Below are positions 40,985-54,061 of a stretch of DNA of 64,000 bases, in pieces. This DNA is from Eledone cirrhosa (Eukaryota). Both the position numbers and the translations under genes were made by a program. Under the pieces are notes generated by a model. The model was not told the DNA's origin. It worked only from the letters and a program-made list of their open reading frames with translations, and did no database searches. Location: the NCBI GenBank assembly GCA_964016885.1, contig OZ024746.1, positions 96,038,001-96,102,000 on the forward strand, given 5' to 3'. The first letter of the stretch is position 1. Each line of letters starts with the position of its first letter.

Positions 40985-41568
40985 GTGTGTATGTGTGTGT
41001 ACATAACTTTGTGTGTGTGTTGGTATGTAATTAGGTATATGTACACCAGTATGTGTGTGTGTGTGTAGATGCATATGTGCATAAATAATTAGCTATATGA
41101 ACTTCACTCTGTGTTGGTGTGTGCATGTGTATAATTAATTAGGTATATGGACATGTGTGTGTGTAATTAATTAGGTATATAGACATCTGTTTATGTTGGT
41201 GTGTGTGTGTATATAATTAATTAGGCATATGAATGTGTGTGTGTACATATGCATAAGTAATTGTGTGTATGAATTCCACTTTGTGTGTGTGTATGCGTGT
41301 GTGTGTGTTGCATTTGTACCAGTAATTAAGTATATGAACATCACTTTGTGTGTGTACATGTGTATACATGTGTGTAAGTAATTAAGTATATGAACATCAC
41401 TGTGTGTATTTGTGTACATGTGTGTGCATGTGTGTAAGTAATTAAGTATATGAACATCCATTAGTGTGTGTGCATGCATGTGCATTTGCATACATTTGTA
41501 TAAGTAATTATGAACCAGTGTGTGTGTGTGTATACATGTGTATAAGTAATTAGTTATATTAACATCCC

Positions 41569-41600
<32 letters not shown>
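40985..41600. repeat. Degenerate TG-rich minisatellite (aattaagtatatgaacatc core) ending in (TG)n
   Basis: Core recurs at roughly 40-60 bp spacing. Confidence 0.75.
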
Positions 41601-41602
<2 letters not shown>

Positions 41603-42578
41603 TCTAGAAGCCAGCCATACACATAAGCGCTCTGTCCCACACAGATAAGGAAGCAATGTACAATATTCTTATCAACAACAGAAATAACTGTGAATTTTTT
41701 TAAAACATTGATAAGACTTCAATCTTAATGTGAAGTAGATCATTCTACTTGCTATTTTATAACTTCCCATATTTTCAATATTTGCTAAAACATTTTTTAT
41801 AATTTTTATTTTAAATATTTCAAGTCACTTAGATAATCATTATTGTTTGTAGTAAATCTTTTATTTCTTGGAAGTTACAATGTTAAATATGAATATTCTA
41901 GTGTAGCCATTAGACTCATCAGAAAGATTGGTTAATTTGTGTGGCTTTAGTCTATTTAGTTGAAATTAGATATCAAAAGTGTAATAGCTGCTTTAGTGTA
42001 GTATTGATTACCCCTTTAGCATTTAAACCAGCTGTATCTGGCCAGAATTCTCTCACCTCCTTTTGGTCAAACCAGCTGTAACTTGCAACTCATACTGATG
42101 TTAAGGTATTGTTCTCAAAATAAATAATATCAAAATCTCATAGATAGATTCAATATTATGTGAGATAATTATGTGAGATAAAGCCTTTACTGTGAAAATA
42201 CAATAGTAAATATATAGAGTTATGTAAATGCTAAAGTGTTAATCTATTTAGCTGAAATTAGATATCAAAAGTGTAATGGCTACTTTAGTGTGGTGGTGGT
42301 GGTGGCATGGTCCCATAACTCTTGATAGAGTTGTAGGGGTTCTGTATTGATATATGGCTTTTCTTGGGCATTTTACGCCTGGTGGAGCCCATCCCTCTCC
42401 AGGCCTACTTTAGTGTAATGTTGATTAATCTTCATTACAGGATGTTTTCTATGTATTTATTTCAAGGAAGTATTGCCTGCATGGTTCTACTTCTTTGCCA
42501 CCCTCTTCTGTTTTCACAAGAACTTGTCTACAATTGTAAGAAATCTTATTCACTTAGCATTGGCTAATTCATTTAACC

Positions 42579-43362
42579 CAATGATTCCCAACCTTTTTTG
42601 CCCCATGCCCCACCTCAACATCTAAAAAATGTTTATGTCCCCCTTTGATATAAAAACAGAGTTTTGTAATATAAAGTAGAAATCCTTTAATTAAACAAAG
42701 CTTGAGCTTGATGTATGCTACAAAATATCATTTTCAATAGCAGGCATGGGCAACCTTTTTTGAGAAGCAGGCCACATGAGATATGGCTGATCATCAGGTG
42801 GGCCGCAAGCGCTAATTTACATTCGTGCCCACATTGAAAAAAAGGGCGGTAACTCAGGTTGTTTTGATTTATTTTTTCAGAATTCGTACACGTTGTTTTC
42901 CTCGATCATAAAAATGATAGAAAGATAAATTACGACTGAAAAGAAGGGGTAAAAAAATCAGAAAGATTTCACTTTGGTGACTTAGGCGAGCCATTCAGAG
43001 AGTTTCACAGGCCGCAGGTTGCCCCATGACTGGTCAATAGGGCCATTACAATATATGCAATGATTTTATAACAGATTACCAGAAAAGTAACTACAGTTTG
43101 TCAATAATAATACTTTGTATAAGAGAACAATTTTTATTCAACCTTCTCGCTCGGCGAGCAACAGAAATCTGTGACATGCAATGCAGTGATGATCAAAATC
43201 AACTCCAAAGTGTAAACAAACTGCTCGTAGGTGCTGCCAGATACAGGATAACATGTATAGACGAAGTGTAACTGGAAGTTTGGTCAAGTTCAAATTTCCC
43301 CCGCCCCCCATTATATTCAAATTGTTGGCCTTGGGGCGTGTGCCCCATGCTGGGAATCACTG
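42579..43362. mobile_element. hAT MITE (TSD ATTTAACC) with a nested hAT MITE at 42741-43032 (TSD ttcaatag/gtcaatag)
   Basis: TIRs caatgattccca/tgggaatcactg and caggcatgggcaac/gttgccccatgactg. Confidence 0.85.
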
Positions 43363-43364
43363 AT

Positions 43365-43601
43365 TTAACCCTTTAGTTACCAATCTGGCCAAAACCAGCT
43401 CTGGTTCTCAGAAATAAAACTACAAATTCTAAAGGTTTCCAATTTAAATTAAAATCTTCCAACATAATTTTATATAAGAACCTTACATTAAGTTATGAAA
43501 TTAGTAATGAAATAATTAATAATTTTAGTAAATCCCTCAAAATTCGTCAATTATTTAAAATAGAGTGTATTTCATTAGAAATGTGGTCATGAAAGGGTTA
43601 A
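43365..43601 (+). mobile_element. TTAA-type MITE family 3, intact
   Basis: TTAACCCTTT...AAAGGGTTAA. Partial copy at 63870-64000. Confidence 0.8.
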
Positions 43602-44799
43602 CCCATTACTTTCTATCCATGATATTCTCTGTTGATAGCACTTTACATTCAAAATATACAACATTTCATGTGATGTTTGTTTTGAGCTTTATATTTCTGA
43701 GCTTTATTAACACATCAAGATCTTTCTTATCTTATCTTCTGAAAGAAAGGATAAAATAGTAATTTTTTTGCCATTTCATTGTATGTGAGAGCCATGGCAA
43801 TGCTGTTATGTCTGTTCATTATATTATCACTGCAATTTAAAGTGTTTTCATTGTTAACATGAGATTTATTCAAGCAATAAAGAAATAGTTTGGGTGTAGT
43901 ACACATGTGTTAGTTTTTGTTAAGTTTCACTGAGATAAGCTTCATTGTTGAGCTTATGTTATCTTTTATTAACATAGCTTCCATAACTAATCTAGTTCTG
44001 AGAAAATGTTTAAATAACATAGTTGCATTGTTGTTTTATATCTAGTTTAGTTTTAGTATATCTTTTGTAACATCAAGTATTTGAACAAAGCTTCCCTCAT
44101 GTAGATGCATAGTTAATGAGATAGTGTAGTAAATGCCCAGTGAAGTAGCTAGAAACATGTTTACAACTCTACTATTTCCTATAATAAAAAATAATAATAA
44201 TGAAAATTATTGTGTTCAATGCTCAGGTGCACTACAACTCATCAAAGCTGAATGTATAGTACATAGAATAATATACAAATGTCAGGAAAGTGAACAGTGT
44301 ATGAGTCATGATATACACACAGATACACACGTATGTGTGTATGGAGGGGGAATATCAGGTATAGTGTTGGTGGATTTCAGGAAGCATGGAAGTTTTGAAG
44401 GATGCAGTGTCCTGACAACTAACAACAGATGCAAGTAGAATTGCAAATTACATTGGTCATCTATAATTCAGTTTTTGTGATTTGTTGTTAAGAGTTGTCT
44501 TTCCTTGCACATGTATGATTTATTTGACAGTCTTTAGTGTGTTGGATATTTATTCTGGATCTCTGCATTCTGAATTTAATCCCATTGAGTTCCACTTTGC
44601 CTTTCATCCTTTTAGGGGTTGATAAAGAAAATATCAGTCCCGTGCTGGTGCAGCCCTCTTTCTATCAAGCTATCATATCCTGGGTGTTTTTCTGGATCAA
44701 AAGACGGTGGGTAGATATTGTGTCTGTATGATCGTTTGGACATCCTTAACAAAAGCATGAGTGGCAATGAAACAGGTTTACTGCTTCCATCTTGAGATT

Positions 44800-45310
44800 A
44801 CACCAGATCACACAAGAACACTCCAGACCACACAAGAACACTCCAGATTACATTAGACCACACAAGAACATACCAGAATACAACAGCACACTAGATCACA
44901 TTAGACCATACCAGATCACAAAGAACATACCAGATCACAAAGAACATACCAGATCACAAAGAACATACCAGATCATAAAGAACATACCAGATCATAAAGA
45001 ACATACCAGATCATAAAGAACATACCAGATCATAAAGAACATACCAGATCATAAAGAACATACCAGATCATAAAGAACATACCAGATCATACCAGAACAC
45101 TCCAGATCATACCAGAACACTCCAGATCATACCAGAACACTCCAGATCATACCAGAACACTCCAGATCATACCAGAACACTCCAGATCATACCAGGACAC
45201 TCCAGATCATACCAGAACACTCCAGATCATACCAGAACACTCCAGATCATACCAGAACACTCCAGAACACTCCAGATCATACCAGAACACTCCAGATCAT
45301 ACCAGAACAC
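44800..45310. repeat. Minisatellite: 19-bp unit (accagatcataaagaacat) switching to a 20-bp unit (ccagatcataccagaacact)
   Basis: Direct reading. Confidence 0.9.
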
Positions 45311-45494
45311 AACAGTTTGTTGTGTGTTCTATGATTTGACATTTGTAGACTACAATACACATTTGTAATAATATAATTGTTTCTACTTTAGACACAAGGT
45401 CAGCAATTATGCCAGTGTATTACTGGTACTTTATTTTATCGACCCTGTAAGGATGAAAGGCAAAGTTAACCTTTGTAATAACATAATGTTAGTA

Positions 45495-45873
45495 GGAGGC
45501 ACATGGCTTAGTAGTTAGAGCATTGGCCTTGCAATTGAAAGGTTGTGAGTTCAATTCTCAGACCGGGTGATGTGTTGTTTCCTTGAGCAAGACACTTTAT
45601 TTCACATTGCTCCAGTTTACTCAGCTGTAGAAATAAGATGATAGGACTGGGGTCCCTATCATTCCACTGCAAAGTGGCCATGAGGTGCCACAGCAAAAAA
45701 GCACCCATGCCACACTGTAAAGTGGACGTGTAGGCGCCATGGAAAAAAAGCACCCAGCACTCACTGTAAATGAGGTTGGTGTTAGGAAGGGCATCCAGCT
45801 GTAGAAATCAAGCCAGAATCAGTTCCAATCCCACCCTTGGAAGCAGGGAAAAGTGGATGTAAAATGATGATGA
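45495..45873 (+). mobile_element. Full-length tRNA-CORE SINE-B with RTE tail
   Basis: A/B boxes, CORE, 48-bp units, ggtgttaggaagggcatccagc, (GAT)n tail. Confidence 0.9.
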
Positions 45874-46138
45874 TAGTAGAATCAACTGAATCAGTAAATT
45901 AATTTTACTGTTTTACATTTCATGGGTTTGTTCTGCTTCATCGATTCTTTGTTTGCTGGTAACTGAATCAATGACTTTGCAGTTTAATAGATATTTCTAT
46001 ATTGTTGAATCTTATTAACTCATATCTCCTAACCTTACTACATCTGGTGCTAAATTACATCATCTGTACTATCTGTTCAAGGACGTTTTCACATAGTTTC
46101 TGGTGCATGTTCAGACGGATGAAGTCAAAATTTCAGCA

Positions 46139-46290
46139 CTACTACTGCTACTACTACTGGTACTGCTACTATTACTACTACTACTATTACTACTTGTACT
46201 ACTACTGCTACCACTACCACTACTACTACTACCACTACTACTACTACTACTACTACTGCTGCTGCCGCCACCACCACTGATACTACTACC
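46139..46290. repeat. (TAC)n microsatellite
   Basis: Direct reading. Confidence 0.9.
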
Positions 46291-46795
46291 ACCTGGGACG
46301 ACCTGATAAATTCCGACCTCACACACTTACACCTCTCCAAGACAATGTCACTGGACCGTGTTCTTTGGCGGTATTCAGTAATAGAGAAGACCCGCCTTGC
46401 CTAAATACAAAGTAAACCTACTACAGTCAGTAGGCATCTCTAACAAAATACGCCATCGTCACACCACCCCCACCCCATCCACACCGCCCCTTTCAATGTA
46501 AAGTTACGTTGGTGCCACGACATCCAGGCCGAAACAAATGAGATCGTGTAGGTGTCACGACAAAAAAAAACACAGTCCACGCTGTAATGTGGCCGTGTAG
46601 GCAACACAGTAAAAACCTCCCAGACCCACACTGTAAATGTGGTTGGTGTTAGGAAGGGCATCCAGCTGTAGAAAACCCGCCAGACAGTCCTATGCGAGCA
46701 AGACAACCACTCTTGCCTCAAGTGGGAAAACTCCCTTCCAAACCCATGCAAGCGTGGAACAAGGACGTTAAACGACGATGATGATGATGATGACA

Positions 46796-46823
46796 TATAT
46801 ATATATATATGTATGTATATATA

Positions 46824-46856
<33 letters not shown>

Positions 46857-46878
46857 ATATATATATATATATATATAA

Positions 46879-46956
<78 letters not shown>

Positions 46957-47025
46957 GTGTATATATATGTATATATATAAATGTGTATATATATGTATAT
47001 ATATATATATATATAAATGTGTATA

Positions 47026-47057
<32 letters not shown>

Positions 47058-47074
47058 AATGTGTATATATATGT
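46796..47074. repeat. (TA)n-AATGTG satellite, left flank of the RTE
   Basis: Direct reading. Confidence 0.95.
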
Positions 47075-50000
47075 ATCATCATCATCACCGTTTTACGTCC
47101 GTTCTTCCACGCTAGCATGGGTTAGACGGGTTGTCCTGTTGTGGGCAGTGTCTGGTCGGCTGACCATGCCTTGCTCATACAGGAACTGATCTGGCTTGAT
47201 TTCTACAGCTGGATGCCCTTCCTAACACCAACCTCATTTACAGTGAGTGCTGGGTGCTTTTTCGTGGCGCCTACACGTCCACTTTACAGTGTGGGCTGGG
47301 TGCTTTTTTGCCGTGGCACCTCCACGGCCACCTTGCGGTGGGGGGGGGGGGGGCATATTGTTTATATGCTTCAGCATGTACCCATGGGAGGTCGGGTACC
47401 CTGTATTACTGCGTGACGCCAGAAGTCACGGTCGTGTGTCATTGACTTTGAGAGGTGTAGTTGGGTAAGGTCGGCTTTTATCACCTCATCCCAAGTCATC
47501 TTGGGTCTCCCCACTCCGCGGTTTCCATCAACTTCTAGTGCTCTGCACCTTTTTATGCAGCTGTCATCCTTCATACGCATCACATGTCCATACCAGCGTA
47601 ACCGCCTCTCCTGCACGCAGCATTTGATTCCTCTTATGCTCAGTCTCTCTCTCAATTCCTTTATGCTTTGTCGTTCACGTATATTACTGTTACACATCCA
47701 TCGGAGCATGCAGGCTTCGTTTCTCTCTAATCTACGTAAGTCTTCCACCTTCAGCGCCCAGGTCTCACTACCATGCAACATCGCTGTTCGGATACACGCA
47801 TCATACAGTCTGCCTTTCATTCTGAGGGAGAAGCCTTTTGCAGCTAGCAGTGGTAGTAGTTCCCTAAACTTCTTCCATCCCGTTCTTACCCTAGTTATTG
47901 TACTTTCTGAGCACCCACCTCCGTTGCTAATTCGGTCACCTAGGTAGCAGAAGCTGTCTACTGTTTCTACAGGGCCCTCCCAGAGATTGGTGGTACTTGT
48001 TTCCTGTGGCTGTTTGCTTGCTGTTTCAGCACAGCTGCTGCATGTGAATCCTACATTCTTAATTAAGCTTCCTGAGATCCCGCTACATCTCTTGTGTACC
48101 CATTGTTTGCATTTGGGGCAGAGAATGGAGTTCCTACCTACACCTTTCCTACATACTGAGCAAGGCCATTTCCCTGAGGGGATCTGGGTTCTGTTTTCTC
48201 GTCTACTTACAAGGACCTTAGTCTTTGTCATGTTGACTTTGAGGCCCTTTCTCTCTAGTCCCTGCTTCCAGGTTTGGAATTTATTCTCTAGTTCTACCAT
48301 AGATTCAACTATGAGTGCGAGGTCATCAGCATACAGGAGTTCCCATGGGCATCCGGTCTTAAACTCCTCCGTTATTGCCTGCAGGACTATGATGAACAGG
48401 AGAGGGCTAAGAACAGAGCCCTGGTGGACCCCAACCTGTACGCTAAATTCCTCGCTATACTCATTGCCAATCCTAACTTTGCTGACTGCTCCCCTATACA
48501 TGGCTTGTACCGCTTTCACAAGCCATTCATCTACTCCTAGTTTTCTAAGAGCCCACCAGATTACTGCACGTGGAACTCTGTCAAAGGCTTTCTCAAGGTC
48601 GACAAATGCCAAGTAGTGGCTTACTTTTAGCTAGGTACTTTTCCTGTAATTGCCTCACAAGGAAGAGGGCATCAGTGGTGCCTTTCCCTGGTACAAACCC
48701 AAATTGCATCTCGTCTATATTCACCCGGTCCCTAATCAGCTGTGCTATAACTCTTTCTGTTACTTTCATGACCTGGTCCATCAACTTTATACCTCTATAG
48801 TTTCCTCTATCTAGTGCATCGCCTTTACCTTTGTAGCAGTTGACAATGATGCTACTGCACCAATCTTTTGGTATGGCCCCCTCTAGTATTACCTGGTTAA
48901 CGATACGTGTGGTTATAGTGTGACCTACAGACCCAGATGCCTTCAGCATCTCGGCAGCTATACCCGATGGACCGGTTGCCTTCCCTATCTTCATATCTCT
49001 GATTGCCTTACTTACTACGCTGCCACTGACTTGTACTGCTGGTCCCTCTATAGGGTCTACGTGGGGTAGGGTCTCTTCTTCCCATGCATTCTCCTCATTT
49101 AGTAATCTATTATAATGACTCTTCCATGCATCTTTCTTCTCAGCACTTGTGAGGGCAAGCTCACCTTTATCATTCCGGATACACTTCTCTCCAATGACAT
49201 CACAACTATCTCTGACACACTGCCTCGCAATCTTGAATACCTCCTGTTTCTGGTCCTCACGTTGTAAAACATGCTTGAATTTTCTATCCTCTGCTTCCCT
49301 CCTAGCTAAGTATACTTGTCGCCTAGCTTCCCTCTTGGTCTCTATGTAATGTACCCTGCTCCCCCCGTTCTTCCATTCTTTCCATGCCTGTCTCTTGGCC
49401 TTGACTGCTTCATCTACCTTATTGTTCCACCACCAAGTCACTCTCCTCCTGCTTGAGGTCTTACTCCAGCCACAAACCTCATCCGTCGCCTCTAGTAAGT
49501 TATTTTTTAGGAACTCCCAGTTCTCTTCTACGTTAAATGTCTGTATCTGTTCTTCTTTACTGTCGTAGGCGTTGAGTAAAATATCTTTAAATCTGTTACT
49601 GGTTGAGGGGACTTTCAGCTTCCAGATCTTTCTTCTCCAGGTTGGCCTCTGTTTCAGGGCTCGTCTAGTTCTGACCGTGAGGTCGCTGACAACTAAGCTA
49701 TGTTGGGATGTACATTCCTCACTAGGGAAGGCTTTTGTGTTTACGACCGTCCATCTGTCACGTCCTCTGATGAGGATAAAATCTAACTGACTAGAGTGCT
49801 CCCCTGATCTATAGGTGATCAGGTGGTTGTCGGGTTTTTTAAAGTTTGTGTTACATATCGACATGTCATTGGCGTCGCAGAATTCTAGAAGTCTGAATCC
49901 TTCCTCATTCCTTGTGCCAACTCCATGGCCTCCATGGACTCTATTGAAGCCGTCGCAGTGTTTACCTACGTGTCCGTTAAAATCTCCTGCAATGATTAGG

Positions 50001-50080
50001 AAGTCCTTGTCGTCTGTTAGAGCAGTAGTGTGTATTAGGGACTCGTAAAACCTATCCTTAAGTTCGTCTGGCAGCCCCGA
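47075..50080 (-). mobile_element. Young 5'-truncated RTE LINE (partial APE endonuclease, RT, 3'UTR, (GAT)n tail)
   Basis: IIAGDFNGHVG, SQLDFILI, NYRGIKL, QFGF, DLEKAFDRV, HQGSVLSP, YADD. Inserted in a TA satellite. Confidence 0.95.
47371..50075 (-). pseudogene. RTE ORF with one frameshift at ~48610, 5'-truncated
   Basis: ORFs 48593..49864 and 47371..48612 join at KPL/(Y)LAFVD. Confidence 0.9.
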
Positions 50081-50081
50081 T

Positions 50082-50179
50082 TATATATATATATATATAT
50101 ATAAATGTATATATATATATATATATATATAAATGTGTATATATATGTGTATATATATGTATATATATAAATGTGTATA

Positions 50180-50211
<32 letters not shown>

Positions 50212-50590
50212 AATGTGTATATATATGTATATATATAAATGTGTATATATATGTATATATATATATATATAAATGTGTATATATATGTATATATATATAT
50301 ATATAAATGTGTATATATATGTATATATATATATATATAAATGTGTATATATATGTATATATATATATATATAAATGTGTATATATATGTATATATATAT
50401 ATATATATAAATGTGTATATATATGTATATATATATATATATATAAAAATGTGTATATATATGTATATATATATATATATATAAAAATGTGTATATATAT
50501 GTATATATATATATATATATATAAATGTGTATATATATGTATATATATATATATATAAATGTGTATATATATGTATATATATATATATAA

Positions 50591-50630
<40 letters not shown>

Positions 50631-50654
50631 GTGTATATATATATATATATATAA

Positions 50655-50690
<36 letters not shown>

Positions 50691-50774
50691 GTATATATAT
50701 ATATATAAATGTGTATATATATATATATATATATAAATGTATATATATATATATAAATGTATATATATATATAA

Positions 50775-50805
<31 letters not shown>

Positions 50806-50806
50806 A

Positions 50807-50842
<36 letters not shown>

Positions 50843-50858
50843 GTATATATATATATAA

Positions 50859-50900
<42 letters not shown>

Positions 50901-50916
50901 GTATATATATATATAA

Positions 50917-50947
<31 letters not shown>

Positions 50948-50966
50948 AATGTATATATATATATAA

Positions 50967-51014
<48 letters not shown>

Positions 51015-51060
51015 GTGTATATATATATATATGTATGTATATATACATATATATATATAT
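50082..51060. repeat. (TA)n-AATGTG satellite, right flank of the RTE
   Basis: Direct reading. Confidence 0.95.
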
Positions 51061-51067
51061 ACATATT

Positions 51068-51308
51068 TGTCTTGCTCAAGGAAACAACACATCAATTCTC
51101 AGACCGGGTGATGTGTTGTTTCCTTGAGCAAGACACTTTATTTCACATTGCTCCAGTTTACTCAGCTGTAGAAATGAGATGATAGGGACTGGTGTCCCTA
51201 TCATTCCACTGCAAAGTGGTCGTGGAGATGCCACAGCACAAAAGCACCCAGCACTCACTGTAAATGAGGTTGGTGTTAGGAAGGGCATCCAGCTGTAGAA
51301 ATCAAGCC
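51068..51308 (+). mobile_element. Truncated SINE-B with a 27-bp 5' fold-back
   Basis: 51068-51094 is the reverse complement of 51109-51135. Confidence 0.9.
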
Positions 51309-52015
51309 TTCTCTATTCTGCCAGGGCCACGGGGTGGCCTGCACGTGGACTCCCATTTGCTTATGATAGTGGGAGATGGGGAGTGTGAGAGAGACAGAGG
51401 CTGTGACAATGGGAATTTGATTCGACTATGTTCAGACTTAATATATATGTATATATATTATTCACCTCACCACATCATTCCTAGTATTTGTTCTTCACTA
51501 GCACAATCATCAGAGCCATTATTTTTGATGTACAAATAATTTAGTAAATCAAACTATACATTATCTATGTAGGTAGACAAAAGGAAATTTAATGTACTAA
51601 ATTTAACGGATACCACACCTAGTAAAAACACACGACACAAAGATAAAACCTCTTAGATGAACCAGACACACCTTAGCTATAAAATAGAGAAACGGTAGCT
51701 ATATAATAGAGACACAGTAGTTATAGAGAAAGACATTATCACAACAATCCAAAGGAATACAACACTTATTCCACTTTCATAAATTTCTATCAATCACACC
51801 TAGAATAAAGTGTCAACAAAACCAGTCAATAAATTCAATTCATACAGAAGATAAATAATAGGATTGTGGGAAAATATCTCACAGGTATATTTTACATTAT
51901 TTAAACAATTCATCATTATCATTGTTTTTACAGTAACATTTCCAAGCTAGCATGGGTTGGACAGAAATTTTTGTTGAGATTATTATCTATATATATATAT
52001 ATATATATATTTATA

Positions 52016-52781
52016 TCATCAGCATCATCATCATACATCCGCTTTTCCCTGCTTGCAAGAGTGGGACCGGCCCTATTCAGCACAACATCTCTCCACTTGT
52101 CACGGTCCTTCATCATCTCCTCCATGAGCTTCAGCGACCTGAGGTCTGTTCTCGCCACCTCCGCCCATGTTTTTCATGGTCTTCCTCTACTGCGTCTTCC
52201 TTCTACTGGGATTTCTTGGCGGTCATCCTCCATGCGCATCACATGTCCATACCATCTTCTCTCCCACACACCACAACTTATCCCTCTTATACCCAGTTTC
52301 TTTCTCAATTCATCTATGCTGGGTCGTTCACGTACATTGACATTGCACATCCAACGGAGCATGCTTGCTTCATTTCTCTCCAGCCGTCGCATATCCTCTG
52401 TAGTTGCTGCCCATGTCTTACTACCATGCAGCATCGCGCATCTCACACAGGCATCATATAACTGGCTTTTTGTATGCAGGGAGAAACTCTTCTTTGTCAA
52501 CAGAGGAAGCAGCTCCCTAAACTTCTTCCAACCCGTCCTTATTCTACATACAATGGCCTCGGAACACCCCCCTCCCATGCTAATCTGATCACCTAGGTAC
52601 CGGAAGCTATCAACCACTTCTATAGAACCCACCTGCATTTGAAAGATTATGATTACTACTGTCAACTTTCCCTGTACATGTATTGCATACATAGTTTTCC
52701 CTACCTGTTAGTTTGCCTGCTATCCCACTACATCTCTTGTGTACCCAAGATCTGCATTGCGTACATTTTATAGAATTTATG
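52016..52781 (-). mobile_element. RTE 3' fragment, sister subfamily, with partial PHD-like finger
   Basis: SIKCTQCRSWVHKRCSG..CNTC, FRYLGD, RRLERNEASMLRWMC. Confidence 0.9.
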
Positions 52782-53051
52782 CCTGTATATATATATATAT
52801 ATAAAGTTTGGTAATTCACCACTGGATAGAACTGATCATTCCGTATAGTTAACCATGATGTTATAGTATGAAAAGCACTCAATGTTATGCAACTCCTCCA
52901 TCTTTGATGTTGAAGTCTGTCAGCCAAACTATCAACAACTGGCCCACTAATTGCTTTCGAGTCAAAAAGATTTTTTTCTCTGCTTTCTCTCCTTATAGCT
53001 GCTTGGATGTGTTTACCATTATTCCTTTGTTATATAACTATTATGCAATAT

Positions 53052-53109
53052 ACACCTGATGATGTTGCCAGGATCCCACGTAACCTGGCCACTGAAATGT
53101 ACATAGTGT
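53052..53109 (+). ncRNA. Minimal type-I hammerhead ribozyme motif (Penelope pLTR type)
   Basis: ACAC-CTGATGA-[gttgccagg..cctggccac]-GAAA-TGTACA-TA-GTGT, with AATAAA at 53117. Confidence 0.7.
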
Positions 53110-53180
53110 TTGCAGGAATAAAACTTTCAAGGAATTTCAGCAGTCTGGCCTCTTGCCATTTTATTCAATAACATATATAC

Positions 53181-53441
53181 ATTCTGAGTTCAAATCCTGC
53201 CGAGATTAACTTTGCATTTCATCCTTACGGGATCGATAAAATAAAGTACCAGTAATGCACTGAGCAATTGCTGGCCTTGTGCCAAAAGTAGAAACAATAT
53301 ATATGTATATATACAGAGAGAGTGGGGGTGAGGTAGTGTCATTAATTATGTATTTAACTTTGCCTTTCATCCTTATGAAGTCGATAAAATAAAGTACCAG
53401 TAATGTACTGAGTAATTGCTGGCCTTGTGCCAAAAGAAGAA
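53181..53441 (+). mobile_element. Two truncated SINE-A copies (53181-53296 and 53355-53441)
   Basis: Central domain and 3' end repeated. Confidence 0.8.
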
Positions 53442-53840
53442 ATAATTAATTATGTATACCAGCAATACAAAAAAGCTAGTTATATTATTAAATCCCCACC
53501 ACCACCACCAAATTCTTGATTATAAAATTATTTGAAAATCATTGGCAGTGTCTTTCATTAGAAATATGATAATGGAGGGTTGAAGGGTTAAATAACATCT
53601 TCAATTTGCTTTTATGTTTCAAACACTAGTTTAATCCTTTTATTACCATAATTTTATTGAAATATGTTCAGCCAATGTGTTCAGTTAATTTTGAAAATAA
53701 TTTTAAAAATTTGAAGGAATTTAGTAAGATAACTGACTTTTCTATTAGAAAACTGATGTTTTGAGCCTAATTTAACAAAAGGTTCTTAAATATAATTAAC
53801 TAGAAGGTTTTACAACAGGTATGAATATTTAAAATTAGTA

Positions 53841-54061
53841 GTATAGTCACACAATAGTTAAAGGAACCCTACATTAACATTTGATATAAACAGCCCTTCT
53901 GAACCTATGCCTTACCCTGTATAGTCACACAATAGTTAATGGAGCCCTACATTAACATTTGGTATAAACAGCCCTTCTGAACCTATGCCCTACCCTGTAT
54001 AGTCACACAATAGTTAAAGGAGCCCCTACATTAACATTTGGTATAAACAGCCCTTCTGAAC
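53841..54061. repeat. 78-bp tandem repeat, ~2.8 copies
   Basis: gtatagtcacacaatag at 53841, 53919 and 53997. Confidence 0.9.

Noticed and set aside
47987-48616. Antisense ORFs over RT genes (also 624-1133 and 28176-29048)
   Set aside because: Shadow ORFs of the coding strand with no independent motifs.
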